Shown here: positions 1 through 7,276 of the stretch, one piece after another | Position numbering within the stretch: the stretch's first letter is position 1 | Layout of the letters: every line of letters begins with the position of its first letter | Origin: Octopus sinensis | Lineage: Eukaryota | Assembly: GCF_006345805.1 (NCBI RefSeq) | Contig: NW_021828188.1 | Location: forward strand, 1-9,051 | Direction: 5' to 3' | DNA length: 9,051 bases | Translations under genes and position numbers: made by a program | Notes under the pieces: model-generated | The model's database searches: none | The model's input: the letters and a program-made list of their open reading frames with translations, nothing else | Told to the model about the DNA's origin: nothing

Positions 1-160
1 CAGTGTTCGAACCTATATTGGTGTGCTTATACCCACGTAAATCAGTAGTTCGGCAAAAAGGGGCCGATAGAATAAGTATGAGTTGATTCATTCGACTAAA
101 ATGTCTTCATGGTGGTGCCCCAGCATGGCCGCAGCCTAACGACTAAAACGAGTAGAAAAT
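1..160 (+). mobile_element. 3' part of a SINE, truncated by the window edge (octopus-type family ending ...ggtggtgccccagcatggccgcagc...)
   Basis: gttcggcaaaaagggccgatagaataagta...ttcgactaaa...ggtgccccagcatggccgcagcct...gactaaaacgagtagaaa matches from memory the 3' half of an abundant octopus tRNA-SINE. The head lies outside the window, so the family name is unverified. Confidence 0.7.
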
Positions 161-309
161 AATATATACAAGACAAATACTATATAGGATGGTATATAAT
201 TTAAGTGAGACCAGTTCAGGCTCAGTGAACGCGAGTGTTTTAACGCAATTACTATGGTACAATTTACTACGGCACATGTATAGAGAGCAAATTGTAAAAA
301 TGTTCTTAA

Positions 310-714
310 TCTATATAATATAAAGCTGAAGTTGTCTGTGTGTGTGAGACAGGTTTTGTAGCCTTCAACTAACACTATTTCCTCCGAAACCCTGCGGCGC
401 AAATTGACCAAAATTGGGAGTATGATAGAAGAAGGCTTGCTCTTCATTTCGTAGAAGAAAAAAAATTCAAATTGGATCATGTTAAGACTAAAAATTATTT
501 ACATCAAAAAGGTGGGGTTTTTTTCTATGAAAATCCCTACTTTTTACGATTTTTTGACTGCTGTGTCGCCATTTTTCGGTATATTTCAATGAGAAAAACG
601 TTCTCTTAAAGAGAATAACAAGCTACATAATGCAAAATTTTTACTTTTCAGAAATTTCAATTCTAAAGGGTCGAAAAGAAAACAAACCCGAGCAACGCCG
701 GGCTATGCTGCTAG
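310..714 (+). mobile_element. Complete non-autonomous Helitron (405 bp)
   Basis: The 5' end is A|TCTATATAATATAAAG (A309, TC 310-311), followed by a short (TG)n. A 3' GC hairpin CCCG-AGCAACGC-CGGG (687-702) lies 8 nt before the terminal CTAG (711-714), followed by T715, so the element sits in an AT dinucleotide. These are canonical Helitron termini. There is no Rep/helicase ORF. Confidence 0.88.
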
Positions 715-1079
715 TTCTTATATAATGTCGGAATATATTCCAGCGCCTCACAACGCCATGTCCACCAACTTGTTCAATATGGCTTCAGAGTTAATTGCCG
801 CCATTGTACAAGCAGCTAGGTAGAAAACACAAGTATGGAAGGACCTACATGCACAAGCATTCGTGGCTCATACGCGTACAGAAAAATGCATGCAAACTCA
901 CGCACGAACACGTACACACTGGGTGTATTCATTTATCAGTACATGTATCCCTTCTTTCCACCTTAGCCATGCCCTGTACCGAATACTTCCTGTCTATTTT
1001 CCTATTTGTCCAACGTTATTTTCATTCCGTTGATATCTGCAAAAGAATTCTTCTTATTTGACATTTGCGAATGTTACCG

Positions 1080-1217
1080 ATGAAATTTTAATATCAATTC
1101 ACCTGTAGTATATTGTACAACACAGCAATGCTTGCGAGAAACTGCAGTTGTATATTATGCATTATATATATATTGTACGATACAAATAAGATGATAACTT
1201 TTTCCAACACGTAGTTA

Positions 1218-1251
<34 letters not shown>

Positions 1252-1285
1252 CTATCTATCTATCTATCTATCTATCCATCTATCC

Positions 1286-1342
<57 letters not shown>

Positions 1343-1437
1343 CTCTATCTACCTAGCTATCTATCTATCTATCTATCTATATATCTATCTATCTATCTAT
1401 ATCTCTATCTATCTATCATATATATATATATTATATC

Positions 1438-1473
<36 letters not shown>

Positions 1474-1570
1474 ATTATATATATATATATTAGATCTTTT
1501 TTTCTGCAATTTCTTCGATCGTTGATGTGTTGTACAAAATACGACAGGTGAATACGCATCAAAATTTCAT
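1080..1570. mobile_element. Inverted-repeat (MITE/foldback-like) pair enclosing a microsatellite block
   Basis: 1080-1128 is the reverse complement of 1522-1570 at 41/49 positions (hand count), extending with one indel to about 1147/1504. No TSD was found. Confidence 0.6.
1218..1491. repeat. Compound microsatellite (TATC)n followed by (TA)n
   Basis: Interrupted TATC array at 1218-1417, then an interrupted TA array at 1418-1491. Confidence 0.97.
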
Positions 1571-1571
1571 A

Positions 1572-1573
<2 letters not shown>

Positions 1574-1617
<44 letters not shown>

Positions 1618-1697
1618 TATTTAATATATATATCTTTCACATATAAATATATATGCATATGGATGTGTATGTTTTATGTGTGTGTTTGTGTGTGTGT
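1574..1697. repeat. (TA)n then (TG)-rich microsatellite
   Basis: Directly visible arrays. Confidence 0.95.
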
Positions 1698-1860
1698 TCA
1701 TAAACATCACTTTCTTTCTATCTTGCTTCTTTTACATTCGAACTATTACTGCTTGTTACCTGCGAACAAATGCAAAACTCGCTGATGACATGTAGACACA
1801 AATTCGCCCCAAGTCTATTGTACAGCATAAAAACCAGCAAAAAAGACGAAATAATAATGT

Positions 1861-1908
1861 GCATGTGTGTACGTATGTGTGTGTGTGTGCGCGCGTGTGA
1901 GTGTGTGC
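1861..1908. repeat. (TG)n/(CG)n microsatellite
   Basis: Directly visible. Confidence 0.85.
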
Positions 1909-1960
1909 AAACTTATGTAGTAAACTTACATATATGTCAAGTTTACCTATTTCTCTTTAG

Positions 1961-2101
1961 ATTGAAAAAAATGTTGCGAACAACTTTGGTAGATTTTCGA
2001 GCCTTTTAGATCTAATAGGAGGCGTCTACATGACGACACCACTTGAACAAGTAGCGAATCCGTTTACATACATAACACCTCCGAAGAACTGGAGTTTCTA
2101 A
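1961..2101 (+). CDS. Possible terminal coding exon, product unknown (IEKNVANNFGRFSSLLDLIGGVYMTTPLEQVANPFTYITPPKNWSF*)
   Basis: A strong pyrimidine acceptor (tttacctatttctctttag|1961) is followed by 46 open phase-0 codons of non-repetitive sequence ending in TAA 2099-2101. I recognise no homology. Confidence 0.25.
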   Translation: MEKNVANNFGRFSSLLDLIGGVYMTTPLEQVANPFTYITPPKNWSF

Positions 2102-2319
2102 TTTGCATAACATTAGTGTTTTATGACTTTGTTTAACGTCAGATCTTGTCAACGGGGATCTCAGTCCACACAATATCGAAGACTGATAATGTGAAGTTAC
2201 GTAGGAGATACACAACCATTACCAGTACGACTATAGCTCTGGAGTCTGAAAAGGATGATGGAAACATTTAATCAACCAGTCAAGCAACCAATTAATCAAT
2301 CAATCAATCAATGTGTCTA

Positions 2320-2667
2320 ATTAGAAGGGTAAAGATCCCTTCTGGTCGTCAATCACCATTGGATTGCACTTAGAAAGTTTCCCACCAAGGCACAAGTTCG
2401 GGCAAGGTTGTTTATGGAAGACCAGCGGTCGCCCATGCATACCAGCCTCTCCTCTCCACACCACCGATATAATCCTAGAGAAAGGCAAAGGCCGACACAG
2501 TTTGGCACCAATGATATCGCAACTCATTTCTTCAGCTGAATGAACTGACACAACGTGAAATAAAGTGTCTTGCTCAAGAACATAACACACACCCCGGTCC
2601 TGGAATCGAACACGTTACCTCATGATTGTGAGCACAACGCTCTAACAACTGAGCTATACGCCTTCAC
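2320..2667 (-). mobile_element. Full-length tRNA-derived CORE-type SINE (head H1 + tail T1)
   Basis: The minus strand starts GTGAAGGCGTA, with A box TAGCTCAGTTG and B box GTTCGATTCC, then a CORE-like block (cttgagcaagacactttatttcac...cagctg...aatgagttg). A terminal stem-loop AGAAGGG/CCCTTCT lies at 2323-2343. Candidate TSD: ATGTGTCTA (2311-2319) / ATGTATCTA (2668-2676), 1 mismatch. Confidence 0.9.
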
Positions 2668-3152
2668 ATGTATCTAGGTATATATGTATAAAATGTCAGA
2701 GAGAGAAAATGGGGTTCCCGATGGTCTTTATTGAGAATCACTGAAGAAAGAGCCTCGGGCCCGGGAATTCTATTTTCTGATTCTTAGATATACGAACACA
2801 AAGGAATTCCTAAACTAATTCCAGTAGCATAGAGATCTCCATACTGTTCTTAACCGAATAAGATGGCCAAATAGTGTGGATTATTTAAACAGCATACTAC
2901 AAAGTCCGTACTCGAATATAAAATTATCACTTATAGATATATATATAGATGTGTGTATTTTCTCTTGTTAACAATTAACACGGAAAAATAGATAAATAGT
3001 TACCGGGGTAGCAAAAAATCACACAAGTAAAAGGTTGAAACGCCTTGTTTTTTAAGGTATATACTTCGGGTTTACGTGAAACTTTTTGTATAATATATAA
3101 ATAAATAAATGGAATTTAACGCAGAGAGTGAGGAGGGGAAGACGGAATTTAC

Positions 3153-3206
3153 TTGAAACTTTCGTCTTTATTGTATCTGTTATACTCAATGTAGACTGGG
3201 GCATTC
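3153..3206 (-). CDS. Candidate internal exon 5 of a putative minus-strand gene (NAPVYIEYNRYNKDESF)
   Basis: Acceptor ...cgtag after a stretch free of AG, donor CAA|GTAAAT, 54 nt, open in phase 2-2. Confidence 0.3.
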
Positions 3207-3274
3207 CTACGTTTCATATGATGTTGTGGATGTTGGATTAAGGTACAAAATTGCAAGAGTAGAACAAATTATAC

Positions 3275-3336
3275 AGCATATCCTCCATTTTGCTATTGTT
3301 CAAACCACAGCCTTGTCCACGGAGGGGTTGTTTCTC
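3275..3336 (-). CDS. Candidate internal exon 4 (EKQPLRGQGCGLNNSKMEDM)
   Basis: Acceptor ...atactag after an AG-free 66-nt intron, weak donor GCT|GTATAA, 62 nt. Phase 0-2 links candidate exons 3 and 5. Confidence 0.22.
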
Positions 3337-3402
3337 CTAGTATATAATTTCATAGGGGTTACAGAAGCAGTAGTGAAAAGGTACAAAATAGTGTTTACTT
3401 AC

Positions 3403-3464
3403 AGATTGTTCATCTTGCGTCAGGAAAAATGATGATGGAGGCCGACTGTAATCTGCAACTGGAA
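3403..3464 (-). CDS. Candidate internal exon 3 (PVADYSRPPSSFFLTQDEQS)
   Basis: Long polypyrimidine acceptor (tgtttccttttttctccctatattcttacag) and donor GTAAGT, 62 nt. Only one of the three frames is open (phase 1-0). Confidence 0.4.
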
Positions 3465-3502
3465 CTGTAAGAATATAGGGAGAAAAAAGGAAACAGTTAC
3501 AG

Positions 3503-3551
3503 TATATATACAAACATACATAAACATAGACATACACACACACACACACAT
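3503..3551. repeat. CA/TA-rich microsatellite
   Basis: Directly visible. Confidence 0.85.
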
Positions 3552-3675
3552 ATCGTCTGTAAAAAACATAAATCCGAAAGAAGAAGCACACTTTAAGATA
3601 TAGAGCAGTATATATTAAGAACTGGGAAGGCCAGTTCATGGGATTACCTTAGGTTTCCCATCCATAAAGGGTTTA

Positions 3676-3782
3676 GCTTTATGGGGTACCGTTAGATTCC
3701 AAAACCTGTTGACCCAAAATTTCTTTAAAAAATTTTCCTCTTGGACCAACAGGTTTTCGGATCTGACGATACGCCATAAAGC
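3676..3782. mobile_element. 107-bp MITE with 42-bp TIRs and TA target-site duplication (Tc1/mariner-type TSD)
   Basis: TIRs at 3676-3717 and 3741-3782 match at 35/42 (hand count). They are flanked by TA (3674-3675) and TA (3783-3784), and the AT-rich spacer is itself partly palindromic. Confidence 0.75.
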
Positions 3783-3792
3783 TATACACTTT

Positions 3793-3859
3793 ATATACAT
3801 TATATACATACATACATAATACATACATACATATATATATTATATATATATATATATAT

Positions 3860-3921
<62 letters not shown>

Positions 3922-3925
3922 TGTG
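3793..3925. repeat. Compound (CATA)n-(TA)n-(TG)n microsatellite
   Basis: Directly visible. Confidence 0.95.
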
Positions 3926-4251
3926 TATACTCACACATAGAAGGAGAAAGGTAGAAAGATGTCTACATTCGTATGAAAATTGAATAATGTAAACTGTAGA
4001 AAGAATGTTGGGATTATGTACTTGAAGAGATTCAGCTGTGTATTCGTCATTTTCGACGAACTACAATTAAAAACAAGCTTCCCAAGAAACAGTACTACAT
4101 GTTCCGTCAGTATACATTTCTTTGCGTTATTATTAATATACTGGCGAATAAACAAATACACCAATAATGATATATACACACGAGTGTGTAGATGTGTATT
4201 TACATGTGAATATATGTTTATCATAAATGATATATGTATATATAAGAGGGA

Positions 4252-4536
4252 ATGGAGGTACATGGCCTAGTGGTTAGAGCAACGGACTCGCGGTCGAGGG
4301 ATCGCGGGCTCGAATCTCAAACCAAGCGATGTGTATGTTTATGAGTGAAATACCTAAGCTTCACGGCTCCGGCAGAAGGTAATGGTGAACTTCTGTTGAC
4401 TTTCGCCACAACGTTCTCTCACTCTTTCCTCCTGCATCTTGCAGCTCACCTGCGACGGACCGGCCTCCCGTCCAGGTGGGGAACATATACGCCAAGGAAA
4501 CCGGGAAACCGGCCCTTATGAGAATGAACAAACAAC
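4252..4536 (+). mobile_element. Full-length tRNA-derived SINE (head H2 + tail T2, V-domain-like 3' part)
   Basis: A box TGGCCTAGTGG (4263-4273) and B box GGCTCGAATCT (4307-4317). The 3' part cctgcgacggaccggcctcccgtccaggtg recalls the V-SINE domain (from memory), and there is an AAC-rich tail. A 14-bp TSD flanks it: ATATATAAGAGGGA (4238-4251) / ATATATAAAAGGGA (4537-4550), 1 mismatch. Confidence 0.9.
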
Positions 4537-4574
4537 ATATATAAAAGGGAGAGGGAGGAAAACGAGAGAGAGGA

Positions 4575-4667
4575 ATAGATAGATAGATAGATAGATAGAT
4601 AGTAGATAGATAGATAGATAGATGGATAGATAGATAGATAGATGGATAGATAGATAGATAGATAGAT
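4575..4667. repeat. (GATA)n microsatellite
   Basis: Directly visible, with a few GATG interruptions. Confidence 0.97.
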
Positions 4668-4679
4668 CTACATACATCT

Positions 4680-5055
4680 CACTCCGTCGGTTACAATGAA
4701 GAAGGTCCCGATTGATACGATCAACGGAGCAGCTTGCTCGTGAAATTAACGTGTAAGTAGCTGAGCACTCCACAGTCACGTGTACCCTTAACGTGGTTCT
4801 CGGAGGGATTCAGCATGACACAGTGTGTGACAAGGTTGACCCTTTGAAATAGAAGTACAACAGAAACAGGAAGAAACAGTGAAAGATAGATGTGGTGAAA
4901 GAGTACAGCAGGGTTCGCCACCATCCCCTGCCGGAACCTTGTGGAACTTAGGTGTTTATACTCAACAAAACTCACAACGCCCGGTCTGAGAATCGAAACC
5001 GCGATCCCACGATCGCGAGTCCATTGCCCTAACGACTGGGAAATTGGGCCTCCAC
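4680..5055 (-). mobile_element. Full-length tRNA-derived SINE (head H2 + tail T3)
   Basis: The minus strand starts GTGGAGGCCCAA, with a degraded A box TTTCCCAGTCG and B box GTTTCGATTCT. The head and body align with 4252-4434 and 7277-7437, and the tail aligns with 5062-5244 and 7434-7620. Confidence 0.9.
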
Positions 5056-5061
5056 AAATGA

Positions 5062-5384
5062 GCACTCCGTCGGTTACGACGATGTGGGTCCCAGCTGATC
5101 CGATCAACGGAATAGCTTGCTCGTGAAATTAACGTGCAAGTGGCTGAGTACTCCACAGACACACGTAACTTTACTTCAGTTCTCAGGGAGATTCAGCGTG
5201 ACACAAAGCATGACAAGGCTGACCCTTTGAAATACAGGTACAACTCATCTTTGCCAGCTGAGTGGACTGGAGAAACGTGAAATAAAGTGTCTTGCTCAAG
5301 GACACAACGCGTCGCCGGGAATCGAACTCACGACCTTACAGTTATGAGCCGAATGCCCCTAACCATTAAACCACGTGGCTTCAC
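5062..5384 (-). mobile_element. Full-length tRNA-derived CORE-type SINE (head H1 + tail T3)
   Basis: The minus strand starts GTGAAGCCACG, with A box TGGTTTAATGG and B box AGTTCGATTCC. The CORE block aligns with 2520-2667, and the tail aligns with 4680-4861. A terminal hairpin CGTCG-TAAC-CGACG lies at 5068-5081. Confidence 0.9.
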
Positions 5385-5455
5385 AAAACATACATACATA
5401 ATAACAACTGTGTGCTCGGTAAATTTGTGTAGGAGACGAATGGATATACGAATGA

Positions 5456-5456
<1 letters not shown>

Positions 5457-5488
<32 letters not shown>

Positions 5489-5532
5489 CAGGGGGCGGGA
5501 TAGGATGCGTGCGTGTGTACGTGTACGTATGT

Positions 5533-5604
<72 letters not shown>
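5457..5604. repeat. (TA)n and long (TG)n microsatellites
   Basis: Directly visible; they account for the VCVC/THTH ORFs. Confidence 0.97.
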
Positions 5605-5606
<2 letters not shown>

Positions 5607-5772
5607 TAGAGAGGGACAGAGATGGAGATATAAAAGACAATATGACCTTTGGGGAAAAAATCATAGGTCACTGCAATCAATTTCTGAAATATAAAATTTT
5701 GAATCTTATCAAAAGTTCTGCTTGGCCTTTTAATAAGAGTCCATGGAAGGTGAAGTAACAGAAGACACGGAC

Positions 5773-5787
5773 AACACACACACTCAT

Positions 5788-5819
<32 letters not shown>

Positions 5820-6035
5820 ACACCGTGCGTACACACATGAATTCGTAACAAGTTGACACTCATTACAGAACGTTCAAATGCACTGAAATATTTATGCTTC
5901 GAATTAATATTTTTGTACTATTTTCTGAATCGCGGCTTATTTATACACACACGCATACACACATTCATATACACGGTCACGCACAGCACACGCACACATA
6001 CACGCAAGCGCTCTCGTATACACAGAAATACACAA
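5773..6035. repeat. (CA)n and degenerate CA/CG-rich simple repeats
   Basis: Arrays at 5773-5835 and 5942-6035. Confidence 0.85.
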
Positions 6036-6239
6036 CACTTAATAACATAACTTACATATATAAATACTTGTATGCGTGAATGTGTATATGTGTATGTGTA
6101 TATATTCTACGGCCGTTTCCAGAGTTCATGTCCTGGTAGAAAAATTAATTAAAAGTCTTACACACCATGCGCATTTTAAGTCGAATTTATTACTGTATTA
6201 GTATGATTGCCTAATTTGAGTTTATAACTTTACTCTTAC

Positions 6240-6289
6240 CCTTTGTCTCGGGTTCGACCCGAGTACTTCCCTTCTTAAGCAGTTCTATA
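6240..6289 (-). CDS. Candidate internal exon 2 (SIELLKKGSTRVEPETK)
   Basis: Donor AGG|GTAAGA and acceptor ttctttcttacgaaaag, 50 nt. Phase 2-1 matches candidate exons 1 and 3. Confidence 0.33.
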
Positions 6290-6366
6290 CTTTTCGTAAG
6301 AAAGAACAATAATTTTACACACACACAGACATATATATATATATATATATATATATTCTCTCTTAC

Positions 6367-6408
6367 CTGTTGTGTCTGCCTTCCAAATGCTGTTTTACTG
6401 AGATCTCC
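6367..6408 (-). CDS. Candidate internal exon 1 (EISVKQHLEGRHN)
   Basis: Strong donor CAG|GTAAGA. The acceptor is uncertain (ctatttcttctactaaaag, or AGs further downstream). A 77-nt microsatellite-containing intron separates it from exon 2. Confidence 0.33.
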
Positions 6409-6508
6409 CTTTTAGTAGAAGAAATAGCTATAACCCTTTGACTGCTATTTCTAAATTCGGTATGTGGTAAGGCAACTCGTTGCTAAACCCTTATTGCTTA
6501 GTATTACT

Positions 6509-6530
6509 TATATATAATATATATATATAT

Positions 6531-6564
<34 letters not shown>

Positions 6565-6670
6565 CCATATGTCATATGCGTGTGTCATGCAGAGGCGTAC
6601 ACATGTACATGCGGTGCATATTCGCAGTCCTTTATCCGTTGTATGCGTTCATGCAATTTTATGTACACAT

Positions 6671-6711
<41 letters not shown>

Positions 6712-6746
6712 GATATATATATATATATATATAGTGTGTGTGTGTG

Positions 6747-6786
<40 letters not shown>

Positions 6787-6890
6787 GTCTGTATATATGT
6801 AAGTATATATATATAATATATGCACATATATCTTATATAAATATGTTAGTTATATACTTATACATACATATTAATATGTGTGTGTGTATA
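6509..6890. repeat. Compound (TA)n / (CA)n-(TA)n-(TG)n microsatellite region
   Basis: Directly visible; 6662-6772 is a self-complementary CA-TA-TG arrangement. Confidence 0.95.
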
Positions 6891-7187
6891 TAATACGCTT
6901 GCATATATATGTGCGTGGCTGTATGCGAGAGCGTGTTTATATATTATATTTTATCATATCATAAAATGTGACACTTATAATAAGTAAGGTTTACAGTTTC
7001 CTTTTCTTGTCAGAGAATCATTCAGGGTTTATATTTTATGATAGAAAATATCATCTTTTATGATAAGAAATATCTTTATTTCACTGAATATTCCCTATCA
7101 AAGATAATGTATATTTCTATAAGAGTTAATGCGCAGCCAATCTACACTTCGTCCCGAATTAAATGTTAAGAAGCTACAATACTATAA

Positions 7188-7275
7188 TACATATACATAT
7201 ATACATACATTCATTCTTGTATATGTTTGTATGTATATGTATATATATATGTGTGTGTGTGTGTGTATGTATATG
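7188..7275. repeat. TA/TG-rich microsatellite
   Basis: Directly visible. Confidence 0.85.
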
Positions 7276-7276
7276 C

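Noticed and set aside
738-820. Possible exon on either strand (plus: PHNAMSTNLFNMASELIAAIVQAAR; minus: ACTMAAINSEAILNKLVDMAL*)
   Set aside because: Splice signals are moderate on both strands, there is no recognisable homology, and I found no phase-compatible link to the main candidate chain.
1097-1147. Minus-strand donor CAG|GTGAAT at 1102 suggesting an exon
   Set aside because: It lies within the inverted-repeat arm and is mirrored at about 1544-1553, so it is repeat-derived; the acceptor is also poor.
2720-2860. Short minus-strand frames (EFLCVRISKNQKIEFPGPRLFLQ* followed by AATAAA; YGDLYATGISLGIPLCSYI*)
   Set aside because: Several frames are equally plausible, none has a strong acceptor, and those two do not match the phase of candidate exon 5.
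5650-5686. Alternative minus-strand exon KLIAVTYDFFPK
   Set aside because: The donor GTCATA is weak. It only fits an alternative reading of exons 1-2 and cannot be resolved without transcripts.
6247-6263. GC hairpin CTCGGGT-TCG-ACCCGAG as a terminator or Helitron end
   Set aside because: There is no U-tract and no CTRR terminus, the context is eukaryotic, and a single 7-bp stem is expected by chance.
6420-6452. 9-bp inverted repeat AGAAATAGC/GCTATTTCT overlapping the candidate exon-1 pyrimidine tract
   Set aside because: The stem is short and AT-rich, and the exon itself is unconfirmed.
6662-6772. (CA)n-(TA)n-(TG)n palindrome as a special element
   Set aside because: This is a common compound microsatellite arrangement, seen in similar forms elsewhere in the window.
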